64,000 nt of DNA from an uncultured Thiotrichales bacterium (GCA_964614915.1 CAZTNC010000011.1:280705-344704); one strand, 5' to 3'; shown: positions 36,601-44,143, numbered from the stretch's first letter. Notes: generated from the sequence alone by a model not told the origin. Program-made: numbers and translations.

Positions 36601-37289
36601 CGGAGGCCATGGACTGGCCTCGGCATGAGGGCCGGCCTGCGCGTGCAGGGGTCAGTGCATTTGGAATCTCGGGAACCAATGCCCATGTGGTGGTCGAAGA
36701 GTATCCGGCGCCGGAGGATACTCCGTACCCAGACCGTACACGATCTTTCCCTGCAGGGAATGCTCAACAGGTCACATCGCCCCTGTCGGACTCACCCCAG
36801 GAGACTCCCTCTGAAATACCTGCACCGGACGAGCGAAAGATCCGCCTGCTGCCGCTTTCTGGAAAGTCTCTAGTCGTTCTTGGGGAGCTGGCCGAAGCGT
36901 ATCTTGCCTGGCTTGATGCGCACTCGGAGGAGCTTTCGGGTGATGACAGTGCATCCGGCCCACTGCTTTCGGATATGGCATGGACGGCCAGCACGGGACG
37001 TGCGCACTTCGATCATCGGGCGGGTATCCTGTTCAGTGATGCGGCCTCGCTCCGGGCTCAACTTCAGTCACTTGCCAGGGGCACTGGCAAAGAGGTGGCT
37101 GCAGCAGCGAACGCAGACTCCCGCAATGGGAAAACGGATGAAGTACATGCCTTCATGCTGGAAGTGGCAGAAGCCTACGAGGCAGGGCGTGCGGTTTCGC
37201 TTGCAGGTCTTTTTGAGGGCGAGATGCGCCGGCGAATTTCCGTACCAGACTATCCATTTGAGCGGAAGAGGTTTTGGGTCAAGGCCTGA
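27648..37289 (+). CDS. Type I highly reducing polyketide synthase, 3213 aa: KS-AT-DH-cMT-ER-KR-ACP-KS(-AT-less linker)
   Basis: KS1 active Cys203 (DAACASS), HGTGT, NIGH. AT GHSVGE (Ser682) and AFHS. DH HxxxGxxxxP at His992. Class I methyltransferase VIEVGAGTG near aa 1490. ER (medium-chain dehydrogenase-like GAGGVGLAAIQLA). KR YLVTGGLGGIG. ACP GMDSL (Ser2532). Second KS Cys2764 (NCASS), EAHGGGS, NLGH. Terminates after an AT-less linker. GTG start. Confidence 0.9.
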   Translation: MKPDSPHDAKLSPGPEGDVRKPESLISSPPIAIVGMACRFPGAPDLAAFWHLLDSGGNAITQAEPGTGVDRVDALFPDDAVRSPACQFGGFVEDIDRFDAAFFRISPVEAQMLDPQQRMMLETSWHALEDAGIDPECLKGSRTGVYTGISTDEYRMMVLNSARPEEAAGCLYALSGTNMNGAAGRVSFILGLMGPAKAVDAACASSLVSVHDAVADLQQGKADLAIAGGVHTMLNGRVYELRADSMMLSPDGQCKAFDASANGYVRGEGCGVVILKRLSEAQAAGDRIWAVIRGAAVNHGGASSGLTVPNTPALEAVIEEALTHAGMSASMVDYLEAHGTGTTVGDPIELNAAAVAYGRGRRDDRPLLVGSVKTNIGHLEAAAGVAGLIKAALVVHRGMIPMHLHFHNPNPSLDWDRLPLRVITDNLLWPYATDEPRRAGVNSFGISGTNAHIILEQYGAGPAVSESTLQPVGLAQAVATTLPQTVAECRDQAFVKRTSRLLPLSAKSEPALHALAERYLSWLDQQQAAQPDPATEDEQLANLAWTASIGRSHFDYRAGLAFTDVASLQQQLKKLVKADGLTHTRSLKVAFAYTGQGSQWPGMGQVLYEREPVVRAVLDRCESVFFEQRGALLLDVMFNRPGARGALEDTAWEQPALYALECALTALWASLGVRPAIVLGHSVGELAAAQAAGVFSLEDGMRFAEARGRLLSRTAEGAMAAVFAPAQQVVSAVAKRNKETDGDALCISGYNGLHQVISGPIPEVQCLLERFDSEGIRTRRLNTARAFHSALVEPVLDDLEASLEGVAFESPSVEVISNLTGVAVGPGETLDAKYWRRHAREAVAFAEGVCTLSGLDVDLVVEIGPGKILAPMLASAWPDSTRTAPPGISSLQAPSASAPEPNSDAGFLQAVAKVYEAGLPVHFEGLFAGELRARISLPQYPFQRERHWMETPRKHRREKGHPLLGVRHESATGGITYETQLYATDPAWLGDHRVFERIVVPGAVYGAMAALASLAEGAPHATVGDMQLHNAMIVPEAAPDDGMAEPGATLQLMLGEEEVGARPMRVFSKGDEGDWILHAEGRIGTGASSPQAPERIDLQALAENLSVMEVSDYYRARAETGIGLGPSFRTLTKIWAAPGEALAEVSVPEDLGGTGLGVHPLVLDGCFQVVGAARGLGGMQGSTTYLPFGWEQLWLAGPLPQKVFCHVRMNAAAVQSEEAPAEAPEVQSGEVYIYDANGMLIGGLSGYTVKRAERSAMLSALEGTDDLLYEVVWRECALASGLEAADFFPEPASVKDSTRLFSEYLKDAGVGPEDRDALLSELEHWSWAYALANLDRLGWQRVAGETVDPDALRQQLNVSADHRRLFRRMLEMLTRCEVLEEIDDGFLVLSGSKDAWPKGLVEDPEAHAETMAERFPHGLTEVGLFRRSGSALADVLRGQADPLTLLFSSGEPTAADLYLRAPVARAANRMLGEAVRTLVGALPAGRRLRVIEVGAGTGSATASVLPELPQGQFEYTYTDISAGFFAEAEARFGDGGGHIDYRPLDIEKDPQDQGFEVHGYDLLIASNVLHATRLLPETLAHCLKLLAPSGQLIALENLRGQGWMDLTFGQLDGWWRFADDYRPHHALANPAVWRQALGDAGFDAIEILGVDESETAKLPDRGVIVARGPARVHEAPGMWVLMADEGGTATHLAHELADRNQTVVLAGPGFDKAADFKVSGAGVHEVYVDAIRRETWQQLVEHLPGDLPFSGVVHFAGLDGHGMQASTAEIAEDVERTGASALALVQGVADSVREPAKGIWLITRGAQILERERGGELAGAILWGFGKAVDREAAHLQPRMIDLDPQPEASPPDLANELLYPDVENHIAYRLGRRQVARLVRFADGPARLALPKTPDWVLAPDPGGTFDRPCVQSLAARPLEPREVRVEVDAAGLNFWDVFRSLGFIEEGLLGREMCGRVIETGSEVSSAITGKRVIGLGFGAFGPQMITREELVSAAPSGYSVTELATVPSAYVSAALSYELSGLQAGERVLIHAGAGGVGLAAIQLAQAAGAEVFATASIPKQVYLRSLGVKHLFDSRTTAFGEQILEVTGGAGVDVVLNSLTSEGFIDASLSCLRQGGRFVELARRDILSPEEMAAVRPDVGYDILELDVLKKTDPAWVGRVLDDVTRQLASGEIGPIVHSRWPLAEAGAALRFMRSARHLGKIVVTAPPLATGRLRQDATYLVTGGLGGIGLAVADWLVGQGAGTLVLNGRRSPDAEAEAAIQELRERGASIHVEIADVTDAAAMDRMMSRIDQELPPLAGVIHSVGVLSDGALTNQNWERFEQVLWPKILGAWHLHRSTLDRDLDFFILFSSRVGVMGNPGQANHAAANAFLDQLAGHRRALGLAGQAIAWGAWSEIGEAAEQKDRIERQRSALGGRWFTPQQGLKALERLVRQDVTTSVVMSMDWSVFEKAVGARPPFLEEMLVTDDETEAGAVASSADVMARLQQTPASERGRLLESYLQGEVQAVLRLPSAPEPAVGFFDLGMDSLMAVELRNRLNRAFSDEYTASNTVVFDYPDIISLARHLSEELGEVEEAPAPQPQPAPVSASEDATTEGGIAIIGMACRFPGARNLSEFWQILDEGRETVSDRREDTGSWDGVLGDPAKPDDGYQRGGFIEGIDRFDARFFGIRPIEAHAMDPQQRMLLETSWHALEDAGIDPERLRGSPTGVYAGIASSEYRDLMVDSGGPSYLGTAGSMAVGRVSFCLGLEGPTMPVMLNCASSLVAIHHAVVSLRQGEADLALAGGVNAILSNGLTRELAELGMLSRDGRCKTFNASADGFVRSEGCGMVVLKRLSEAQADGDRIWGVIRGSAINHSGASAGPTVPTGPTKERVIEEALAGTGVSPHEVDYLEAHGGGSELGDSIEVNASARVYGRGREAEDPLLIGSVKTNLGHLESAAGIAALIKTVLAMDRRRIPQHLHFHDPNPHMDWEQLPVKVVSEAMDWPRHEGRPARAGVSAFGISGTNAHVVVEEYPAPEDTPYPDRTRSFPAGNAQQVTSPLSDSPQETPSEIPAPDERKIRLLPLSGKSLVVLGELAEAYLAWLDAHSEELSGDDSASGPLLSDMAWTASTGRAHFDHRAGILFSDAASLRAQLQSLARGTGKEVAAAANADSRNGKTDEVHAFMLEVAEAYEAGRAVSLAGLFEGEMRRRISVPDYPFERKRFWVKA
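27738..29012 (+). other. PKS ketosynthase domain 1 (KS1)
   Basis: IAIVGMACRFPGA start. Cys203 at nt 28254-28256. HGTGT. NIGH. Confidence 0.8.
29415..30317 (+). other. PKS acyltransferase domain (malonyl-type inferred)
   Basis: GHSVGE at nt 29688-29705. AFHS motif (His-Ala-Phe-His-Ser pattern typical of malonyl-specific ATs). Confidence 0.7.
30525..31397 (+). other. PKS dehydratase domain
   Basis: HPLLGVRH...LGDHRVFERIVVPGAVY hot-dog motif. His992 at nt 30621. Confidence 0.7.
32055..32627 (+). other. PKS C-methyltransferase domain
   Basis: SAM motif I VIEVGAGTGSATA (nt 32115-32150). Motif II region LLIASNVLHAT. Catalytic competence not assessed. Confidence 0.6.
33390..34277 (+). other. PKS enoylreductase domain
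   Basis: MDR/quinone-oxidoreductase-like LIHAGAGGVGLAAIQLAQAAGAEVFATAS. Confidence 0.7.
34305..34847 (+). other. PKS ketoreductase domain
   Basis: YLVTGGLGGIGLAVADWL Rossmann motif and an SDR catalytic region. Confidence 0.7.
35145..35387 (+). other. PKS acyl carrier protein domain
   Basis: LGMDSLMAVELRNRL. Ser2532 at nt 35241-35243. Confidence 0.75.
35448..36737 (+). other. PKS ketosynthase domain 2 (terminal KS2, paralogous to KS1)
   Basis: IAIIGMACRFPGA. Cys2764 at nt 35937-35939. EAHGGGS variant of HGTGT. NLGH. About 70% nucleotide identity to the KS1 region. Confidence 0.75.
36738..37289 (+). other. C-terminal KS-AT linker remnant fused directly to a post-AT linker motif (no AT domain)
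   Basis: LLPLSGKS...MAWTASTGRAHFDHRAGILF parallels the KS1-AT linker. The terminal ISVPDYPFERKRFW parallels ISLPQYPFQRERHW, which follows the AT. Confidence 0.6.
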
Positions 37290-37342
37290 CGCACTTCGAG
37301 ATCACGGGCCTGTTTTGACAGTTGTGGGTGCCACCGCCGCCT

Positions 37343-38239
37343 TCAGGCATCGGGCAACAGTTGCTGTTCCTGGAATTCTCGCACCGCAGATACACAGTCC
37401 ACCGGCTTTTCCAGTTGAAGAAGATGTGTGGTCTCAGGGATGAAATCATAATCGACAGTCAGGACATCGCTGAGATCGAAGGTTGGCAGATAGGCATACG
37501 GCAAGGTCGGGTCCGCCCCGATGACCTTCGTCGGACACGGGAGCGTCTCAAAGTCCACCAGCGGGGAAAAGCTTCGGACATAATCGGTGATTTGGGCTTC
37601 GTATTCGCGTGGGCAACGCAGCTCATACCCCAGCCCGTCGGGAACCTCGCGAAGCGTGGTCTTGGCCATGAGTTCCCGGACCCCGGGAACCACATGGGTG
37701 AAGGTCGGGATGTAGCTCAGGAAATCAGAAAATTCTTCCTCCGTCTGGAATCGGTATCCGCGTCGGCGCGTCAGCGATGCAGCGTGTTCGGCAGCCACGT
37801 CAAATTCGGTCTGGCTGGCACCAGGCTTGCATACGGGCGGGTCAAATAGAATCTGTGCAGAGCAGCTGTTGTCCTGCGGCGCCGAAAGCAGCGAGATCAG
37901 CGCTGAGACGGAGTGTAATACCCCGATCTTGGGTTTGTTGCCATAGTGGCGGTCGATGGATTCCAGTATCAGGGCATAATCCTGTATTAGTACGGGAACG
38001 TTGTGGTCGCGGCGCTCGCCCACGGAATTCCAGCCATGGTTTCTGAGGTCATAGAGGATTAGTTCGTAGTCCTCGGCAAGCAGCGACCAGAACGGGTAAT
38101 ACAGGTCAATGGCAAGACCGTTGCCGTGACAAAGCACAAGCCGAGGCCCTGACGGATTGCCGTGCTGTCGCAAGTGCGTGACTGTATTTTGATCCAGTCG
38201 GACTTCACGCACTGAGATTGGTTCAGGAATTTCCCACAT
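37343..38239 (-). CDS. Alpha/beta-hydrolase fold protein (thioesterase/lipase-like), convergent with the PKS
   Basis: HG oxyanion motif (LVLCHGNG). Nucleophile elbow GVLHSVSA. C-terminal His region. 298 aa. Confidence 0.6.
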   Translation of the reverse strand: MWEIPEPISVREVRLDQNTVTHLRQHGNPSGPRLVLCHGNGLAIDLYYPFWSLLAEDYELILYDLRNHGWNSVGERRDHNVPVLIQDYALILESIDRHYGNKPKIGVLHSVSALISLLSAPQDNSCSAQILFDPPVCKPGASQTEFDVAAEHAASLTRRRGYRFQTEEEFSDFLSYIPTFTHVVPGVRELMAKTTLREVPDGLGYELRCPREYEAQITDYVRSFSPLVDFETLPCPTKVIGADPTLPYAYLPTFDLSDVLTVDYDFIPETTHLLQLEKPVDCVSAVREFQEQQLLPDA

Positions 38240-38323
38240 GGTCCTTATGAGGTAAATCGTATTCTCGTTTTATCAGGTTCAAAAGGTTGGACCGAATCGC
38301 CTGGTTCATTCTCCAGGCCGGCA

Positions 38324-39061
38324 TCACCCCGGGTTAAGCTCGTGTGCCAGGGCTGCGGCAAAATTAGGGTCGTCCAGGGATTCAAGCCACCACCGGACTG
38401 TGGGCAGTTGAGGAAAGCAAAATTCGCCTGCACTCATCCCCTGGCGCAGGGTTTTCGGAATTTCGATTCCTGACATGTCCAGCGAGAATCCCGTACCCAG
38501 GGCCTTGAGTAATGCTTCTTTCATCGTCCACAGGCGGAAAAACAAGTGGATCTTTTGCGGGCCGCGGGCCGCGGCCAGGTCCGCGCGTTCATTCGGAGTA
38601 AATACCGACTGAATATCTCCATCCAGGTTCTGTTGCATGTTCCGTTCTTCCACGTCCACCCCGATACGCCCATGCAGGGCAAGTGCCACCAGCCCGTGCT
38701 GGTGGCTGTGGCTGACGTTGAAGCCGATACCTTTCGATTCTCCATCCACCAGGGCATGGGGTTTTCCGTATTTTGATGTCCCGAAGGCGAGTTGTTCGTT
38801 GCTGCAGTCGAGATGTTTGCAGAGAATCGCACGCAGAGCGGCACGGCACAAGCTGAATTCATACCGGGCACGGGCATGGCGAAACCGGCGCCAGCGTGCC
38901 TGTTCATTGTGATCCAACCACTCCAGCGCCTCGGCCTCACGAGTATCATGAGGCCGCAGGTCCACATGAAAAATTGTGGTATCCCGGGTTCTCCTGTACG
39001 GGCGCCACCAGTCCTTTGTCGCGGTAGCCGATTCCTTGTGCCTGCTCACCTTCACGGGCAC
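38324..39061 (-). CDS. 4'-phosphopantetheinyl transferase, Sfp/EntD type
   Basis: KYGKP, GFNVSHS, GVDVE and WTMKEALLKALG motifs. Confidence 0.8.
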   Translation of the reverse strand: MPVKVSRHKESATATKDWWRPYRRTRDTTIFHVDLRPHDTREAEALEWLDHNEQARWRRFRHARARYEFSLCRAALRAILCKHLDCSNEQLAFGTSKYGKPHALVDGESKGIGFNVSHSHQHGLVALALHGRIGVDVEERNMQQNLDGDIQSVFTPNERADLAAARGPQKIHLFFRLWTMKEALLKALGTGFSLDMSGIEIPKTLRQGMSAGEFCFPQLPTVRWWLESLDDPNFAAALAHELNPG

Positions 39062-39201
39062 AGGGTCAAGTCACGTTGTACAGTGCCCGGGTTGTCCATG
39101 ACCATCGCAGTGTCTGCGCTTGTCCCGGCCTGGGAACTGGGGCACACGTGCACCCCGATGTCCGGATGCAGTTCTGCCTACATCCCTGAACCGGAAAAGG
39201 T

Positions 39202-39432
39202 TTACCCGGAGTTCGAATCCAGATAGGAAGCCAGTTCCCGCAGAGACTGGAACTGGGAGAAATCTTCAGGAGGAATTGTCAACCCGAATTCCTGGCCGAC
39301 CTTCTTGATGAAGGCGACGGCATCCACTGAGGACACGCCAGAGTCACCAAACCCGGTGTCCATATCCGGTTCCCTGCCAATATCCAGATTTTCATTTGCT
39401 AGTGCCATGAGGCGGTCTTCTGTTGAGGACAT
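39202..39432 (-). CDS. Discrete acyl carrier protein
   Basis: 76 aa, acidic. GFGDSGVSSVDAV phosphopantetheine-attachment-like motif. Heads an ACP-PPTase-hydrolase operon. Confidence 0.65.
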   Translation of the reverse strand: MSSTEDRLMALANENLDIGREPDMDTGFGDSGVSSVDAVAFIKKVGQEFGLTIPPEDFSQFQSLRELASYLDSNSG

Positions 39433-39927
39433 GATGAAATTCTCCTGATTGTTTTAGTTGGTTTTTGGTGTAGACAGACCGGTATTTTAGGTGCAGGCAC
39501 GTTTTCAGACAAGGGCAGGTGTAAGTCGCCGATGAACCTGGGCAGGCATGCTACGGAATTGATCCCGGCCTGACCGCTGGCCGCATACGCTTCTCGAGGC
39601 ATACGTTCGAAATCCCTGCATTTTTTGAGCGCATTTTCGAACGGATTCAGCCGATCCGCGTCTATACCTATGTAGGCTGCTGTTGCTTCCTGACAGCACC
39701 TGTCCGCGTCATGACTTGTCCGGGGCTTTGACTTACAATGACAGAACAGGAAACTGCCTGGGTCGGGGAGCGCAGTCCATCTGAATTGATTTGTCAAGAT
39801 TGGCGGGAGTCCGTATGTCTGTACCGGTGAATAAGGAAGGAAGCCATGCGGCTTCGCCCGACCGTCCGGCCCTGGGTCCCGCCGCAAGCGAGATGATGTC
39901 AGGCGATCGCTTTCCCCTACAGGGCAC

Positions 39928-42372
39928 ATGGCCTATCTCCTGAAGCTTTTGCGCCTTGCGCTGGGGGCTTTTCTTGCCATCATCGTCGCAATACTGGCCA
40001 CCTACATATACTTGGCACCTTCCCTGCCCGGGGTGGCCGTGCTCAGGGATGTGGAACTGCAGGTGCCGCTCAAGGTGTACAGCCGGGACGGCAAGCTGAT
40101 TGCCGTGTATGGAGAACAAAGGCGTGAACCCCTGGGGGTGGATGAGATCCCGGAATTGCTGGTCCAGGCATTCCTTGCTGCAGAAGATGACCGCTTTTAC
40201 GAACACTTAGGCGTCGATTATCAGGGTCTGGCCCGTGCTGCACTTTATGTATTGCTGACCGGAGAAAAACGGCAGGGCGGCAGCACCGTCACGATGCAGT
40301 TGGCCCGGAACTTCTTTCTGGACAATGAGCGCACCTACCGACGCAAGCTCAAGGAAATTTTCCTGGCCCTGAGAATTGAGCACGAGTTCAACAAGAACGA
40401 AATCCTCGAACTGTACCTGAACAAGATCTACTTGGGGAACCGGGCCTACGGCGTGGGTGCGGCGGCCGAGGTCTATTACGGGCGCAGCGTGCATGATCTC
40501 AATCTAGCCCAGATTGCCATGATTGCAGGCCTGCCCAAGGCTCCTTCGAGGTTTAACCCGATTGTCAATCCCGAGCGTGCCGTCATCCGCCGCAATTATG
40601 TGCTTGGCAGAATGCACAAGCTTGAATTCATTGACGATGACACCTACCGCAAAATGCTGGATGAGCCGGTAAGCGCATCGGTCCACTACCCCCGGGTTGA
40701 GATGAATGCGCCGTACATTGGAGAGATGGCGCGCGCGCAGATGTTCGGGGAATACGGCTCCGAGGCCTATACCAAGGGTTACCGGGTGTACACGACGATC
40801 AACAGCAAACTCCAGCGCCAAGCCCAACTGGCCCTTAGAAAAGGGTTGCATGCCTACGACCGGCGTCATGGCTGGCGGGGTGCAAAATCCCATTTGGAAC
40901 TGGAGTTAACAGGCGATGACATGGACCAGATTGCGTTTGAAAAACTGGATGAGGTGATTCTGGGCATGGATCTGATCGGAGGGTTGATGCCGGCCGTGGT
41001 GACCCGGGTGGAGCCCTTGGAAATCGAGGTGTATCTGGGTGAGCAGCAGTTTGCCTTGGTGTCAATCGACCAGGCCAAGTGGGCTAGGCCTTACATCAGC
41101 GAAAATACCATGGGGGAGGTGCCGGAAGACTTCACCGGACTGCTTGCACCGGGGGATGTGATCCGGATTACCCGGGCAGATACCGGCAAATGGGCCCTCA
41201 GCCAGATTCCTGAGGCGGCCGGTGCCTTCGTGGCGATCGACCCGCAAAACGGCAGCGTACTGGCCCTGGTCGGCGGGTACGATTACCTGCACAGCAAGTT
41301 CAATCGCGTCACGCAGGCGAAACGCCAGCCCGGCTCAAGTTTCAAGCCGTTTATCTATTCGGCCGCGCTCGAGTCAGGCTTCACGCCAGCCAGCATTGTC
41401 AACGATGCGCCGGTGGTACATGACGGCAGCGGCCTGGAAAGTGCCTGGCGCCCCAAAAATTACAGCGGCAAGTTTTTCGGACCGACCCGCCTTCGCGAGG
41501 CCTTGGTGAAGTCCCGCAACATGGTTTCGATCCGCGTGCTGCGAAGCGTGGGTCACCGCTATACCGAGCAGCACATCACCAACTTCGGTTTTGGCCCGGA
41601 GCAACTGCCCCAGGGCTTGTCCCTGGCATTGGGTTCCGGTGTGGCGACGCCACTGGAGATGGCCCGCGGCTATGCAGTGTTTGCCAATGGCGGTCACTAC
41701 GTGGAACCGTTCGTGATTGAAAGGATAGAAGATGTCAGTGGTGAGGTCCTGTTTCGCTCCAGTCCACTCATGGTATGCGAGGCAGACTGTCTGGACCTAC
41801 AACAACAGTTGTACCAAAGCGTAGAGGAGGTCATCGGGGAGGATGGGGCCCCCGAACTGGGCATACGGGTCGCTGAGCGCGTGCTGTCCAAAGAGAACGC
41901 CTATCAGATGGTGAGCATGATGCATGATGTCATACAAAGTGGCACAGGCAGGCGTGCGCGCCAGTTGGGACGCAGTGATCTTGCTGGAAAAACAGGTACG
42001 ACGAACGAGCAGCGGGATGCATGGTTCTGCGGCTTCAACGGTGACATTGTTGCAATCTCCTGGGTGGGGTTTGATCAGCACAAGCCGCTCGGACGCAAGG
42101 AAGTCGGCAGTGTCACAGCGTTACCAATATGGATCGAGTTCATGCGTGCTGCCCTTCAGGGTAAACCGGAAAACAAGCTGAAGCGACCGGAGACAATCGT
42201 CAGTGTGCGTATCGATCCTGCCACTGGACAGCGGGTGGACCCGGGCAATGAACAGGGCATTGAGGAGACCTTCCGTATGGGGTATGTTCCGGCTGAAGGC
42301 TCCGGATCGGGTACACCGCCGGCATATCCGAGAAATGACCAGGGGATGGGAACTCCGGAACAGCTTTTTTAA
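39928..42372 (+). CDS. mrcA: Penicillin-binding protein 1A (bifunctional transglycosylase/transpeptidase)
   Basis: N-terminal TM helix. GT51 motifs (EDDRFYEH, RQGGSTVTMQLARN). Transpeptidase SxxK region (SSFKPF), SRN and KTGTT. Confidence 0.9.
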   Translation: MAYLLKLLRLALGAFLAIIVAILATYIYLAPSLPGVAVLRDVELQVPLKVYSRDGKLIAVYGEQRREPLGVDEIPELLVQAFLAAEDDRFYEHLGVDYQGLARAALYVLLTGEKRQGGSTVTMQLARNFFLDNERTYRRKLKEIFLALRIEHEFNKNEILELYLNKIYLGNRAYGVGAAAEVYYGRSVHDLNLAQIAMIAGLPKAPSRFNPIVNPERAVIRRNYVLGRMHKLEFIDDDTYRKMLDEPVSASVHYPRVEMNAPYIGEMARAQMFGEYGSEAYTKGYRVYTTINSKLQRQAQLALRKGLHAYDRRHGWRGAKSHLELELTGDDMDQIAFEKLDEVILGMDLIGGLMPAVVTRVEPLEIEVYLGEQQFALVSIDQAKWARPYISENTMGEVPEDFTGLLAPGDVIRITRADTGKWALSQIPEAAGAFVAIDPQNGSVLALVGGYDYLHSKFNRVTQAKRQPGSSFKPFIYSAALESGFTPASIVNDAPVVHDGSGLESAWRPKNYSGKFFGPTRLREALVKSRNMVSIRVLRSVGHRYTEQHITNFGFGPEQLPQGLSLALGSGVATPLEMARGYAVFANGGHYVEPFVIERIEDVSGEVLFRSSPLMVCEADCLDLQQQLYQSVEEVIGEDGAPELGIRVAERVLSKENAYQMVSMMHDVIQSGTGRRARQLGRSDLAGKTGTTNEQRDAWFCGFNGDIVAISWVGFDQHKPLGRKEVGSVTALPIWIEFMRAALQGKPENKLKRPETIVSVRIDPATGQRVDPGNEQGIEETFRMGYVPAEGSGSGTPPAYPRNDQGMGTPEQLF

Positions 42373-42378
42373 AGAATC

Positions 42379-42990
42379 GTGGCTGTAAGAAAACAGGACC
42401 GGCTTCGGGAGAAGCTTGCCCAAGAGGCTGCCAGAATCATTGTCAGCGAAGGGGTGCACGACTACCAGAAAGCCAAGTGCAAGGCTCGCGAGCGCCTGCA
42501 TGCACTGCAGGGCGTGGCGCTGCCCAGCAATGTCGAGATCGAGTCCGCCATCCGTTCATTTACACGGACTTTTTTGCCGGACCATGAGGGGATCCTTCGA
42601 AACTTGCGATGTACGGCACTGACCGTGATGAACTGGCTGACTCCGTATCACCCCTACCTGACAGGTCCCGTGCTGGAAGGTACCGCAGGTGCAAAAACGC
42701 CGATCAGCCTGCACGTCTCCTGTGACTGCCCAGAAGAAGTTCTGGCGGTGCTGCAGCAACGCGGCCTGGTAGTGCGGCTGGCAGACCGTCATTTCAAGCA
42801 AAACCGCCATTACACCTGCCTGCCCGTTCTGGTGTTCACGTATCGCGAGCATGAAATTGATGTCACGATTTTCAGCTTGCGCCAGCAGCACCAGCCTCCG
42901 AAAAGCAAGACGCATCACCGCAGTGCTCAAAGAATGAACGGAAAGGCGCTGGCCAGCCTGCTGGGGCAAGCCCGCAGCAAGGCTCTGTAA
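42379..42990 (+). CDS. Conserved hypothetical protein co-transcribed with mrcA
   Basis: 203-aa ORF 7 bp after the mrcA stop. No family recognised. Confidence 0.4.
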   Translation: MAVRKQDRLREKLAQEAARIIVSEGVHDYQKAKCKARERLHALQGVALPSNVEIESAIRSFTRTFLPDHEGILRNLRCTALTVMNWLTPYHPYLTGPVLEGTAGAKTPISLHVSCDCPEEVLAVLQQRGLVVRLADRHFKQNRHYTCLPVLVFTYREHEIDVTIFSLRQQHQPPKSKTHHRSAQRMNGKALASLLGQARSKAL

Positions 42991-43081
42991 GAACGCCGCG
43001 GTGCTTTTTACTGCCTGCAGGGGCTCTGCATCGGCATGCAGCTTCGATCCGACCCCGGCGCATCTGCCGGGATTGTAACGG

Positions 43082-44143
43082 CTAGTGATAGGCGGGGCTG
43101 AACTCCCTGACCGCATCAACCAGTACCGTGACTTTTTCCGGGTCCACGAATTGCTGTATACCGTGGCCTAGGTTGAAGACGTGACCGCTGCCCTGACCAT
43201 ATTTTTCCAGCACTTTCTGCACCTCACGTCGAATGGCCGAATCCGGAGCATACAGCACAGCCGGGTCTAGGTTGCCTTGCAACGCGACTTTTGAACCAAC
43301 CTGCGCCCGGGCCTGATCCAGTTCCATGGTCCAGTCCAGTCCCACCGCATGGCACCCGCTGGCAGCCAAGTCCGCCAATTCATGCCCGACCCCCTTGGTA
43401 AACAAGATGATCGGGACCGTGTGTGACGTCTCGAGTCGTAACAGTTCCGAGACAATGTGCTGCATGGGTCCCAGGGAGTATTTCAGGTAGGCATCCCGGG
43501 ATAGCACGCCCCCCCAAGTGTCAAAAACCATTACAGCCTGTGCGCCGGCGCGAATCTGTGCCGACAGGTAGTCGGCTGCCGCCTGACTCAGAATCTCGAG
43601 CAGGCGTTCAAGTATGTCCGGGTGGGTATAGAGCAGGCTCTTGATCTTGCGGAACTCGCGGCTGGTTTCACCTTCCACCATGTAGGTTGCAAGTGTCCAC
43701 GGACTGCCGGTGAATCCAATCAGCGGAACCCGTCCGTTCAGTTCATGCCGGATCATGCGCACTGCATCGCACACGTACCCCAAGCCTTCCATGGGCCGGG
43801 TACGGGCGATGCGTTCTACGTCTTTCATGCTTGATACGGGTCTTGAAAACCGTGGTCCCTCACCCTCGCTGAAGGAAAGGCCCAGTCCCATCGCGTCCGG
43901 GATAGTCAGGATGTCCGAAAACAGGATTGCCGCATCGAGATCGAAACGCTCTACCGGTTGCAGCGTGACCTCGCATGCCAGTTCCGGAGTTTTGCAAAGG
44001 GTCAGGAATCCGCCGGCACGCTTGCGGGTGGCCCGGTATTCCGGCAGGTAACGGCCCGCTTGGCGCATGATCCACAGGGGGGTTCGTGGCACCGGTTTTT
44101 TGAGCAGTGCCCGGATCAGGACATCGTTTCGTAAGGGTGGCAT
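43082..44143 (-). CDS. hemE: Uroporphyrinogen decarboxylase
   Basis: N-terminal [15 protein letters not shown] signature. 353 aa. Confidence 0.9.
   Translation of the reverse strand: MPPLRNDVLIRALLKKPVPRTPLWIMRQAGRYLPEYRATRKRAGGFLTLCKTPELACEVTLQPVERFDLDAAILFSDILTIPDAMGLGLSFSEGEGPRFSRPVSSMKDVERIARTRPMEGLGYVCDAVRMIRHELNGRVPLIGFTGSPWTLATYMVEGETSREFRKIKSLLYTHPDILERLLEILSQAAADYLSAQIRAGAQAVMVFDTWGGVLSRDAYLKYSLGPMQHIVSELLRLETSHTVPIILFTKGVGHELADLAASGCHAVGLDWTMELDQARAQVGSKVALQGNLDPAVLYAPDSAIRREVQKVLEKYGQGSGHVFNLGHGIQQFVDPEKVTVLVDAVREFSPAYH

Noticed and set aside
27738-36737. Nucleotide similarity between the KS1 (27.7-29.0 kb) and KS2 (35.4-36.7 kb) regions, considered as a possible repeat or IS element
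   Set aside because: Identity is only about 70% and confined to homologous KS and linker coding sequence. This is an ancient intragenic domain duplication, not a mobile repeat.
39433-39927. 176-aa minus-strand ORF in the ACP-mrcA divergent intergenic region
   Set aside because: It would overlap the promoter regions of both operons, has no motifs and has skewed composition. Most likely non-coding.
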